Positions 55,658-63,577 of a stretch of 64,000 nucleotides of DNA are shown piece after piece. Position 1 is the first letter of the stretch; each line of letters starts with the position of its first letter. This DNA is from a virus (Duplodnaviria; Caudoviricetes). Under the pieces are notes generated by a model. That model worked only from the letters and a program-made list of their open reading frames with translations, ran no database searches and was not told the origin of the DNA. The position numbers and the translations under genes are program-made. The stretch spans positions 49,679 through 113,678 of the IMG/VR virus record IMGVR_UViG_3300027782_000046. One strand, 5' to 3'.

Positions 55658-55907
55658 ATATGTAAAAGAGCTCGAGGCTCAAGTTGATCCAACCGTTGTC
55701 GAGAAGATTAAAGATTGGCCAGTAGAAACCAAACTCTATATGTACTTGCACAATATTCAATTGGCAATGATGAAAGAGTTTAAAGAAAATCAAGTTGTAT
55801 TTCCTAAAGTACCAGCTAAAGACTTTATGCAATGGCGTATGCCAAAGATTGAATATCTAGGTTATCCTACTCCAGGTACTACAACTTATGAATACAAGCA
55901 AGGTTGA
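55644..55907 (+). CDS. Hypothetical protein
   Basis: ORF in the operon. Confidence 0.5.
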   Translation: MEMNEYVKELEAQVDPTVVEKIKDWPVETKLYMYLHNIQLAMMKEFKENQVVFPKVPAKDFMQWRMPKIEYLGYPTPGTTTYEYKQG

Positions 55908-56073
55908 TAAACTCTATAAGATTGCAATGGTTCAAGACGGTATAGAGTCTGAAAGAGATCTTATACACGCATTCGCGGAGTTGATTGTTCGAGAATGTGC
56001 TGATATTGCTGCCGATCATGATGGGTTGGATATTTACGAAGAAATTAGAGAACATTTCGGAGTTCAAGAATGA
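55888..56073 (+). CDS. FAELIVREC family small protein
   Basis: FAELIVREC...IREHFGVQE. Confidence 0.65.
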   Translation: MNTSKVDKLYKIAMVQDGIESERDLIHAFAELIVRECADIAADHDGLDIYEEIREHFGVQE

Positions 56074-56261
56074 AAATAACAGAAGTGCAAGCACATAATA
56101 CTCGTATTCATAATGAAGTCGTTAGAACAGAACGAATTCATAATGAACAATTAAACAAGCATCGTCTTGAGAAATTGCGTCAAGTCGATACTGAGGAAAA
56201 ACGTATTGAAGCAAATCGGCGCATGAATCGCGCGGGCCAAAACGTGGATAAATTAGCATGA
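56070..56261 (+). CDS. Hypothetical protein
   Basis: ATGA overlaps; C-terminal GQNVDKLA. Confidence 0.55.
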   Translation: MKITEVQAHNTRIHNEVVRTERIHNEQLNKHRLEKLRQVDTEEKRIEANRRMNRAGQNVDKLA

Positions 56262-56413
56262 TAAAATATATTGCATTAGGATTAACACTAATATCAGCAT
56301 TTCAAATGTACCAATACTGGGACTCTGCATTATTCGATGCATGGTGTGTTGGGTTTACTGGCTGGCTTAATGTTTTTTTCTATGAATTAGAGAAAAAAAG
56401 AAATGTCGAATAA
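56258..56413 (+). CDS. 51-aa membrane protein (absent from the ORF track)
   Basis: MIKYIALGLTLISAF...; ATGA overlap. Confidence 0.45.
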   Translation: MIKYIALGLTLISAFQMYQYWDSALFDAWCVGFTGWLNVFFYELEKKRNVE

Positions 56414-56753
56414 AGATACAATTTGGATTGTTGCTGGTAATAGGCAAGAGTTTGATGCATACGTCTTGCGCAAAATTAATCAAAAGATACAACTACTTAG
56501 TCCTGTACAACTACGTAGTTCCATACTAACCGAATATAAGTTTGTCTTTAGAACAGACCAATTAAGAGGTTTAGATGATATTAAAGGTTTCTATATTGGA
56601 AGCTATAAATCAAGACCAGATATTGATGAGATTCACGATGCAATTGCCATGATAAAATCTAAAAGCATTCTTAGAGGGACCAACACTTTTATAGTCCATC
56701 AGGAAGGCCTCGCGTACGGCACCTCACCATTTTTAATTCAATCATACACTTAA
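56403..56753 (+). CDS. Hypothetical protein
   Basis: IWIVAGN..EF...LRGL....G..IGSY..R.D. Confidence 0.55.
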   Translation: MSNKDTIWIVAGNRQEFDAYVLRKINQKIQLLSPVQLRSSILTEYKFVFRTDQLRGLDDIKGFYIGSYKSRPDIDEIHDAIAMIKSKSILRGTNTFIVHQEGLAYGTSPFLIQSYT

Positions 56754-56783
56754 CATCTTTTCCCTTTCCTGTCAACCTTTTTT

Positions 56784-56850
56784 AGTACCCGAGCAAAAGA
56801 CTCGGGTATTTTACTTTGTGCTTGACACTCTGACCAAAAGGTGCTATAAT
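56784..56850 (+). promoter_or_regulatory. Early promoter cassette 3
   Basis: ACCC-N13-GGGT; TTGACA at 56822, TATAAT at 56845. Confidence 0.85.
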
Positions 56851-56876
56851 AGTGGCATAAACAGCAACAGGAGTAG

Positions 56877-57083
56877 ATGATGCGCGAACAGACAACGAAA
56901 CTTCTAGCCATGATGGACGAAGGTTTAATAAGGGCAGAAACAATCGTAGAGATGTGTCTTGCCTATATGAGTGAAGACGATGTGGCAGACATGATGCGGT
57001 CCAACGACATTGTTGACTATGATGAAGATGATGGTCAGCCTGACGAAGCCCAGGAATGGGAATCGTTTGACCCAGATTGCTAA
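56877..57083 (+). CDS. Acidic hypothetical early protein
   Basis: AGGAG RBS; C-terminal DGQPDEAQEWESFDPDC. Confidence 0.65.
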   Translation: MMREQTTKLLAMMDEGLIRAETIVEMCLAYMSEDDVADMMRSNDIVDYDEDDGQPDEAQEWESFDPDC

Positions 57084-57098
57084 TAGAAAGGATAATAT

Positions 57099-57263
57099 AT
57101 GTGGATAGTACAAGTATACGATACGGTTGAAGCAACATTCAAGTATGAGGAATTTCGCAATCGCAAGGCTGCAGAATCCTACGCTGAAGATTTTGAAATT
57201 ATCGCTAGTCTGTATGGACAGGCTGGACGCTATACAAAGATATCAGTTCAGTACATGAGTTAA
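57099..57263 (+). CDS. 54-aa hypothetical protein (absent from the ORF track)
   Basis: AAGGA RBS; MWIVQVYDT... Confidence 0.55.
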   Translation: MWIVQVYDTVEATFKYEEFRNRKAAESYAEDFEIIASLYGQAGRYTKISVQYMS

Positions 57264-57316
57264 CCCTTTGGAGCAAAGGGTCTTTGCTTGACATTTGACT
57301 CCAACGGTGCTATAAT
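57263..57316 (+). promoter_or_regulatory. Early promoter cassette 4
   Basis: ACCCTTTG-GAG-CAAAGGGT; TTGACA at 57288, TATAAT at 57311. Confidence 0.85.
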
Positions 57317-57341
57317 TGAGGCTTAACAGTAAGGAACTTAT

Positions 57342-57530
57342 ATGACACGAGAAGAAGCTAGAATCGCACAAGAACAAGCAGTCGCAGAATTCTTGGCACA
57401 AGGTGGAATGGTTGAGGTCTTGAAGGGTCGGAAGAATCCGAAACCCGTCAGTGCTCGAGGCAAATTCAATTCTGGAATGAAAATTCGGATGGACCCAACG
57501 GCCCGTTTCCCTAGCAAAAATTACGCTTAA
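57342..57530 (+). CDS. Hypothetical early protein
   Basis: AAGGA RBS; AVAEFLAQGGMVE. Confidence 0.6.
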   Translation: MTREEARIAQEQAVAEFLAQGGMVEVLKGRKNPKPVSARGKFNSGMKIRMDPTARFPSKNYA

Positions 57531-57539
57531 GGATATATT

Positions 57540-57761
57540 ATGATTGCAGAACAGACAATGTATGATACTCGACACGGCGGACCCTTTGACCGGGGTAATG
57601 CAGATTCCTATTACAATCGAGGATATGCTCCGCATTATTACACAGGTAGCACCTACGATAGCGAGCGGATTGATATGAAAGATATGACTGCAGCTGAGAT
57701 TACAGCATACACCGCAGGATACAATGAGAACGAAGAATCGGGCAACAAGAAAGCTTGGTAG
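57540..57761 (+). CDS. Conserved phage hypothetical protein
   Basis: HGGPFDRG.ADSYY.R...PHYY...MT..EI..Y.AGY. Confidence 0.65.
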   Translation: MIAEQTMYDTRHGGPFDRGNADSYYNRGYAPHYYTGSTYDSERIDMKDMTAAEITAYTAGYNENEESGNKKAW

Positions 57762-57762
57762 T

Positions 57763-57825
57763 ACCCAAGCAATCCGTAGGGTCTCTTTCTGAATGCTTGA
57801 CAAGATGACCAAAAGGTGCTATAAT
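57763..57825 (+). promoter_or_regulatory. Early promoter cassette 5
   Basis: ACCC-N12-GGGT; TTGACA at 57797, TATAAT at 57820. Confidence 0.85.
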
Positions 57826-57851
57826 TGAGGCATAAACAGTAAGGAACTTAT

Positions 57852-58439
57852 ATGGCAAGATACGAAATTACCCCTTTTAATTTGGCTGACATTGGTTATA
57901 ATGGACATGGTTCAATCCGTATTAAGGTTGAGGGTTATTGGTCTCAGGATGTTATTACCCTTTATATTGATCGCGCATATGGTTCTAATGGATGGACCGT
58001 TAAGCTTTCTCATTCCTCAGGTGGTCGAGATACCAAAGTAATAGAGTGCGATATGGAAGCAGAAATGAATTTTGCTACAGCACTTAACGTGATGGCTAAA
58101 ATTGGTCTCGATATTAAGACAACTAAGTTCGGTATGCTGGAAGAAAATTATCAGCGCCGAGTCAAAGACGACAAAGAACGCCTTGAGAAAGAAAAGGCAG
58201 AATTTGCTGCAGCTGTCGCGGCTGATAAAGAAATTGGAATTGCGTTGGCTCGATATAAATTAGATACCATAGGCGATTTCGGTGAATTGAAAGTATTTGC
58301 CCGCGGAACAGATAAAATCCGTCGATTCTCAGTATCGCATCGGGTTAAAAAGACATTCTTTCTGCAGGGAATGCGAATTTCCAAGCAGGAAGCAATTGTA
58401 GAGTTGGCAAAATGCTCAGCTCGTGAAGTAACTATCTAA
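57852..58439 (+). CDS. Hypothetical early protein
   Basis: First ORF after the promoter; AAGGA RBS. Confidence 0.65.
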   Translation: MARYEITPFNLADIGYNGHGSIRIKVEGYWSQDVITLYIDRAYGSNGWTVKLSHSSGGRDTKVIECDMEAEMNFATALNVMAKIGLDIKTTKFGMLEENYQRRVKDDKERLEKEKAEFAAAVAADKEIGIALARYKLDTIGDFGELKVFARGTDKIRRFSVSHRVKKTFFLQGMRISKQEAIVELAKCSAREVTI

Positions 58440-58449
58440 GGAAAACATT

Positions 58450-58707
58450 ATGAATCAGATTCAAAAAGAAGCCGCCCTATACGTGGCAAAAGTAATTAGT
58501 TTGGCAGTTGGTGTAGGAATGGTAACGATGTTATCTGTGATCTATATTGGTATGACAGAAACGTTTTTATTAATCGCCGGGTTATTGCTAGTTAATCTCG
58601 CATTTGCAGCATTTGAGAATAAAGTAAAAGAATTAGAACACTTGGAACGCATGAATGAAATTGCAGCTGATCGAGAAAAACGTATGGCTGAATTGAATGC
58701 AAAATGA
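58450..58707 (+). CDS. Two-TM hypothetical protein
   Basis: Two hydrophobic helices. Confidence 0.6.
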   Translation: MNQIQKEAALYVAKVISLAVGVGMVTMLSVIYIGMTETFLLIAGLLLVNLAFAAFENKVKELEHLERMNEIAADREKRMAELNAK

Positions 58708-59006
58708 ATAAAGAATTAAACGAAAAACACGCAGCCAATCCTCAGGCCGGCGACTATTGGTCCGAGCGAGCTTTTATTCCATGCTTCTTGGTAATAGATG
58801 TGTCGAGGTTTTCGGTATCGTTTTTATCCAAGACAAAAACTGTGCAGGGAGATAAATTCTGGGACACATCACATATAGAGACGTGTACTCATAAGGAATT
58901 CAAAAAGCGTTTATGTTATGAATTTGTCTCAGGTACATGGTGTGATGTTACCCCTAACTGGAAACATGCTGCAGAATATATCGAAGAAGCGTTTGCCACA
59001 CTATGA
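58704..59006 (+). CDS. Hypothetical protein
   Basis: ATGA overlaps. Confidence 0.6.
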   Translation: MNKELNEKHAANPQAGDYWSERAFIPCFLVIDVSRFSVSFLSKTKTVQGDKFWDTSHIETCTHKEFKKRLCYEFVSGTWCDVTPNWKHAAEYIEEAFATL

Positions 59007-59203
59007 ACGATCAGCTTAGAAAGTTTCATCGTTTATCTGGTCTTGACATCTATGGTCTTGGAAAAGATAGAGAGAAATGGGAAGCAGCAATCGACAGATA
59101 TACCGAGTTAGTTATCAAGGAGTGTGGATTTTATCTCCTTGAAAATGAGATAGTAGACATTATGGATGTGATTGGTATGGAAGATCACTTTAAAGGAAAA
59201 TAA
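59003..59203 (+). CDS. Divergent FAELIVREC family member
   Basis: RYTELVIKECG...EDHF. Confidence 0.55.
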   Translation: MNDQLRKFHRLSGLDIYGLGKDREKWEAAIDRYTELVIKECGFYLLENEIVDIMDVIGMEDHFKGK

Positions 59204-59204
59204 A

Positions 59205-59402
59205 ATGGCAAAAGAAAAAATCAACGAAAACTTCAACCTGAGCTTTTCTTCACGGGATAGTAATACTAGCGATACTATTATGGATTGCAATATCAGTTTT
59301 GAAAATCCACGAGACGACCATGCAATCGTATCTAAGATTGCTACCTGGCTCGTAGCAATTGGTCGGACCAATATCGCAGTTCGACTTGTGAATCCAAAAT
59401 AA
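59205..59402 (+). CDS. Hypothetical protein
   Basis: AAGGA RBS, start MAKEK. Confidence 0.55.
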   Translation: MAKEKINENFNLSFSSRDSNTSDTIMDCNISFENPRDDHAIVSKIATWLVAIGRTNIAVRLVNPK

Positions 59403-59704
59403 TATGTTCTTCTGGACAATAGTATTAATCTCAACGAATATTACCTATATTGGTCAGTTTGAGGATGAGGCCAAATGCAATAAAGCTGTAGAAGCGATTA
59501 AGACTCAATATATTAAAGCGGCGTGCATTCAAGCCAAAGCACCAGATAAGGATCAAAAGAAATGATATTTTTTCTAATCATAGTATATGATCTAATCCTA
59601 TTATCAGGGACGGCGTATCTGGTGCAAGAGTGTAACTGGTCTATGTGGACGTTCCTTTTGACGGCATGTTTCTTTATGACCACTAAGTCAAGCGACGAAA
59701 AAGA

Positions 59705-59767
59705 ACCCACATAGATCAAAGGGTCTTTTGGAAAGTGCTTGACAAGGTCCCCAAAAGGTGCTATAAT
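59705..59767 (+). promoter_or_regulatory. Early promoter cassette 6
   Basis: ACCC-N12-GGGT; TTGACA at 59739, TATAAT at 59762. Confidence 0.85.
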
Positions 59768-59794
59768 AGTAGCATAAACAGTAAGGAACTAAAA

Positions 59795-59965
59795 ATGGTA
59801 ACAGTCAATATCACTCTCAATCCGAAACAAGTCGGTCTACTTCTGGGAATTCTGGATCAAATCGATCGCGATCTAATCTATACCACTTCTGAGGAATACG
59901 AAATTCATCACCAAGTCGAGTCTATTTTAGAAGACGCTGAAAACGAAATTACCAACCTATATTAA
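59795..59965 (+). CDS. Hypothetical early protein
   Basis: Start moved to the ATG after the AAGGA RBS. Confidence 0.55.
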   Translation: MVTVNITLNPKQVGLLLGILDQIDRDLIYTTSEEYEIHHQVESILEDAENEITNLY

Positions 59966-59979
59966 TCTGGAATATTATT

Positions 59980-60153
59980 ATGTCACATCATTTAGTCGTT
60001 TTTGCACAATTTTGCCGGGATAACGGCCTAACTCTAACAGAAGCAATTGCCTATGTAGGCGACAACTACGATAATCTGGATTCAGATATTGTAAATGCCT
60101 ACGAAGAAACCTATCAGGAATTAATGAATTTCGTGGAATCAGAAACAGTATGA
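59980..60153 (+). CDS. 57-aa hypothetical protein (absent from the ORF track)
   Basis: MSHHLVVFAQFCRD...; ATGA overlap with 60150. Confidence 0.5.
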   Translation: MSHHLVVFAQFCRDNGLTLTEAIAYVGDNYDNLDSDIVNAYEETYQELMNFVESETV

Positions 60154-60368
60154 CGGATTACAAATCAAATCGAATCAAAGAACTTGCTCCACAATGCTGG
60201 GAACTCACAGAATTTGGTCTTAATTTTAATTATCAAAAGTTCGCCGAGTTGATTGTGCGGGAATGTATTGAGATTGTTGACAAATGGTCATATGATGGAC
60301 CCTATCGAGAAGAAGGTGATATTATTCCCGTGAAAAAGATTAAAGAACATTTCGGAGTTGAAGAATGA
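60150..60368 (+). CDS. FAELIVREC family small protein
   Basis: NRIKELA...KFAELIVREC...IKEHFGVEE. Confidence 0.65.
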   Translation: MTDYKSNRIKELAPQCWELTEFGLNFNYQKFAELIVRECIEIVDKWSYDGPYREEGDIIPVKKIKEHFGVEE

Positions 60369-60703
60369 ACGAACGAATTATAGAACTTGCTGACAAGGCT
60401 GTTGAGGACATTTCCTCTGGTCCCTGGAACATTTCTGATGAATTTTGTAAAAAGTTCGCCGAACTAATTGTTCGTGAATGTGCTACACTTGCGTTTGATG
60501 GTCCCAATGGTATCTTGGAACATTTCGGAGTTGAAGATAACTCAATCAAGGTCGGTAGCCGAATCAAAGTTGTTTCTAAATTCAATGTTGGTGCTAGGGG
60601 CACAGTTAACTATATTGAACCATCTGGTAAATTATGGGTTCGGCGAGATGGAGCCAGCAGTGATGTATCCTATTATCCAACTGAAGTGATTGGAGATGAC
60701 TAA
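60365..60703 (+). CDS. FAELIVREC family protein fused to an SH3/KOW-like domain
   Basis: MNERIIELA...KFAELIVREC...EHFGVE, then IKVGSRIKV....G..GTV. Confidence 0.65.
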   Translation: MNERIIELADKAVEDISSGPWNISDEFCKKFAELIVRECATLAFDGPNGILEHFGVEDNSIKVGSRIKVVSKFNVGARGTVNYIEPSGKLWVRRDGASSDVSYYPTEVIGDD

Positions 60704-60918
60704 TGAACATGCCAATCGTCCCTGATAATGTAATCAAGATGTGGAATGATCCACACTTCCAACTACTTGCCGAGGTTGATAAACTATTGAATAGTAGCAA
60801 AATTTGGGGTGGTATGGATTGGAGTTATAATCCTATATATCCCGTCAAGTATCTACCTGTAAGAGATAAGGTAAACCAGGCATTAGCAGATATTAGAAAA
60901 GAATATGGAATTGAATGA
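60703..60918 (+). CDS. Hypothetical protein
   Basis: GGAG RBS. Confidence 0.55.
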   Translation: MNMPIVPDNVIKMWNDPHFQLLAEVDKLLNSSKIWGGMDWSYNPIYPVKYLPVRDKVNQALADIRKEYGIE

Positions 60919-61130
60919 TGAACGAACGAATTAAACAACTTGCTGATGAGGCTGCAAAATACAGTGCTATAATGGCTCTTCCTACAGGTGAGTCGGGAGA
61001 CAAATTATTTGTAGAAAAGTTCGCCGAGTTGATTGTGCGGGAATGCGCTGATGTAGGTGCCTTTGGACAGGGGCCTACTGATAGTGAGTTGATCAAACGA
61101 GGAGTATTGGAACACTTTGGAATAGAGTAA
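60915..61130 (+). CDS. FAELIVREC family small protein
   Basis: MNERIKQLA...KFAELIVREC...EHFGIE. Confidence 0.65.
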   Translation: MMNERIKQLADEAAKYSAIMALPTGESGDKLFVEKFAELIVRECADVGAFGQGPTDSELIKRGVLEHFGIE

Positions 61131-61332
61131 TATGATTAGTTTTATTATGGGATATATCGTAGGAGTATTGTATATGTGCTATCGTAGTAACGAAGATAGA
61201 AAAGTTGATATACCATGATAGAAATACTAGTAATAATGATAGTTTGTCTGGCAATAAAGATAAGTATCGTATTTACTATAAAATCGAGGTATAGTAAGTA
61301 ATGATCGAATATTGCTATAATATAGCATAGAC

Positions 61333-61352
61333 TGTGGATAACCTGTGGATAG
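61333..61352. promoter_or_regulatory. Tandem DnaA boxes
   Basis: TGTGGATAA (perfect reverse complement of TTATCCACA) and TGTGGATAG, 11 bp apart, in the largest gap lacking long ORFs. Confidence 0.55.
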
Positions 61353-61538
61353 AGATCGCAGAGCTATCTAAAATCGAGCCTAAAGAAAACTCTGTATTTA
61401 TACGGTAAATGGCTGGTTCAGATTCTATACGACCGGATCAGATTATAAACGGCAGAGTAATAATCTAAACTCGCGAGTCACCTTTCATACTCTATGTGCT
61501 ATAACATCTTTTCCCTACCCTGTCAACCTTTTTATAGT

Positions 61539-61601
61539 ACCCATACATCTCAAAGGGTCTTTAAACTAATGCTTGACGATCTGACCAAAAGGCGCTATAA
61601 T
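61539..61601 (+). promoter_or_regulatory. Early promoter cassette 7
   Basis: ACCC-N12-GGGT; TTGACG at 61573, TATAAT at 61596. Confidence 0.85.
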
Positions 61602-61633
61602 AGAGGCATAAACAGCAACAGAAGGACTCTTAT

Positions 61634-61897
61634 ATGAACAGCAGCAAACAGATCGCAATGTATGGTATGACAGAAGACGAGATTCAGTCTCAGTATATGG
61701 AGTCTATTACAGCGCGCTTCAGTGGTCTGGAGATGGTGATTGCAGGTCTATTAAGCGATTGTCAAGAGATGAATCAGTATCAGCACGCTGCGACAGTGAA
61801 TCAAGAAGCCAGCAAAGAGCGGATTCGTCAGCAACTGAACGTAGCGAAGCACATTCTGTTTAAGATGGTTGACCAGCGCGAAGCAGAATTTGAATAA
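61634..61897 (+). CDS. Hypothetical early protein
   Basis: AAGGA RBS; GLLSDCQE...RQQLNVAK. Confidence 0.65.
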   Translation: MNSSKQIAMYGMTEDEIQSQYMESITARFSGLEMVIAGLLSDCQEMNQYQHAATVNQEASKERIRQQLNVAKHILFKMVDQREAEFE

Positions 61898-61950
61898 GTC
61901 GAAGGGATCGTATCCCCTAGGCGCCGAGTGAGAAATTCTCGGCAACTAAT

Positions 61951-62013
61951 ACCCGAGCGATTCGAAGGGTCTTTTGGAAAGTGCTTGACGATCTGACCAA
62001 AAGGCGCTATAAT
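61951..62013 (+). promoter_or_regulatory. Early promoter cassette 8
   Basis: ACCC-N12-GGGT; TTGACG at 61985, TATAAT at 62008. Confidence 0.85.
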
Positions 62014-62042
62014 AGCAGCATAAACAGCAAAAAGGAATCACG

Positions 62043-62393
62043 ATGCAAGATACAATGACCCGCAAAGAAGAACTGCACAGCATCTACTGGGATATGTACA
62101 AAGATGCTCATGGCTTCCGTCCTCGCCACGTGGACACTACGGGTTGGACCGAAGAGCAGTTTGCGGCTGAATTCGCTATGCTCGAGCAAATTATCATCCG
62201 CGAGAACCAGGAACGTCTGGTCTCAGAGGCTAAGGCCATCCAACGCTTCGAGAACCAGATTATGCAGCTGATAACCACTGGTGCCAAGACCCGTGAGCAG
62301 GCTATCATATGGATGCATGCTGCTGAAGGCACCGGCGGCGACGACGAGTTCCTGTGCTACACCCTGGGCCTGCCTTATCGTTATTTCAAGTAA
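62043..62393 (+). CDS. Conserved phage hypothetical early protein
   Basis: YWDMYKDAHGFRPR...GA..RE.AI.W...GLPY.YF. Confidence 0.7.
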   Translation: MQDTMTRKEELHSIYWDMYKDAHGFRPRHVDTTGWTEEQFAAEFAMLEQIIIRENQERLVSEAKAIQRFENQIMQLITTGAKTREQAIIWMHAAEGTGGDDEFLCYTLGLPYRYFK

Positions 62394-62403
62394 TAGGTTG
62401 CTA

Positions 62404-62470
62404 AAAAGACCCTATAGAGATATGGGTCTTTTGGAAAGTGCTTGACGATCTGACCAAAAGGTGCTATAAT
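62404..62470 (+). promoter_or_regulatory. Early promoter cassette 9
   Basis: AAAAGACCC-N11-GGGTCTTTT; TTGACG at 62442, TATAAT at 62465. Confidence 0.85.
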
Positions 62471-62498
62471 AGAGGCATAAACAGCAACAGAGGTATAT

Positions 62499-63407
62499 AT
62501 GAAAGTAGCAGTCAAATTCAACAAAGCAAAGAATCGTTTCGAAGGATTCGTGGATGGCAAGATGGTGACACGCTCAAAGCATGAGATGTACGTCAAGAAC
62601 GTTCTAGCTAGCATGGGTCTAGAGGTCGAAGAGTCCACAGGTCTCGTGAACAATCAGCCTAAGATTGACGAGTTTGGCATCAATAAACGCTTTGAGTTCG
62701 TTCAGCAGATGGTCACAATGGTTGGTAAGAAGACTATTGCCTCAGCGATCATCACAGGTCAGGGTGGTCTGGGTAAGACGCACACAGTGTTGAAGTCGCT
62801 CAAGGCCCAGGGCTTGATCGATACTACAGACCTCGCAGCGTTCGAAGAGGGTTACAAGTTTAACTCTTCGAAGTCTTATCGTGTTGTCAAGGGTTACAGC
62901 ACAGCAAAAGGTCTCTATCGTACGTTGTTCGAGGGCAACGGACAAGTTCTCGTGTTCGACGACTGCGACAGTGTTCTCAAAGATCCCGTAGCGTTGAACT
63001 TGCTCAAGGGCGCCCTGGATTCTTACGGTGAGCGCTGGATCTCCTGGAACGCAGACATGAAAGACGAAGATCTGCCTCGCTCATTCAAGTTCACAGGTGC
63101 CATCGTGTTCATCAGCAACATGGACGCTGATCGTATAGACCAAGCAGTGAAGACACGCGCTATGTGCGTTGACTTGTCCATGACACAGATGCAGAAGCTA
63201 GAGCGCATGGAAGTGATCATGAAAGAAGACGAATTCCTGCCTGAGTACAGCATGGGCTTTAAGCAAGACGCTTTGAATCTGCTTAAAGAAGTAGCAAATA
63301 CAGTAGACAATTTGTCTCTACGTTCGTTGATTGCAGTGACGAAGATTCGCGCTGAGAATGAGAATTGGAAAGATCTGGCTCGTTACATCGTCAGCGCCGG
63401 GGCGTAA
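62499..63407 (+). CDS. P-loop (AAA-like) ATPase
   Basis: Walker A GQGGLGKT, Walker B VLVFDDCD, LLKGALDS, FISN. Confidence 0.85.
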   Translation: MKVAVKFNKAKNRFEGFVDGKMVTRSKHEMYVKNVLASMGLEVEESTGLVNNQPKIDEFGINKRFEFVQQMVTMVGKKTIASAIITGQGGLGKTHTVLKSLKAQGLIDTTDLAAFEEGYKFNSSKSYRVVKGYSTAKGLYRTLFEGNGQVLVFDDCDSVLKDPVALNLLKGALDSYGERWISWNADMKDEDLPRSFKFTGAIVFISNMDADRIDQAVKTRAMCVDLSMTQMQKLERMEVIMKEDEFLPEYSMGFKQDALNLLKEVANTVDNLSLRSLIAVTKIRAENENWKDLARYIVSAGA

Positions 63408-63408
63408 A

Positions 63409-63462
63409 GCCCTACAGGGCAAAGGGTCTTTGCTTGACCCTCTGTCCATTTTGTGCTATAAT
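63409..63462 (+). promoter_or_regulatory. Early promoter cassette 10
   Basis: GCCC-N11-GGGT; TTGACC at 63434, TATAAT at 63457. Confidence 0.8.
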
Positions 63463-63486
63463 AAGACATAGTAACAAGGAACCCAT

Positions 63487-63576
63487 ATGATACGATTCGC
63501 AATTGAGCTATTCCAAGCAACAGTCTTCGCAGCGACAATGTTCGCAGCGTTCATCATCTACTTCTACGCAATGTAA
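63487..63576 (+). CDS. 29-aa hydrophobic peptide (absent from the ORF track)
   Basis: AAGGA RBS directly after the promoter; MIRFAIELFQATVFAATMFAAFIIYFYAM*. Confidence 0.55.
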   Translation: MIRFAIELFQATVFAATMFAAFIIYFYAM

Positions 63577-63577
63577 T

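Noticed and set aside
52480-63490. CRISPR array suggested by recurring ~30-60 bp repeats
   Set aside because: The repeats are 0.4-2.4 kb apart, separated by genes, and match -35/-10 promoter consensus. No cas genes are present.
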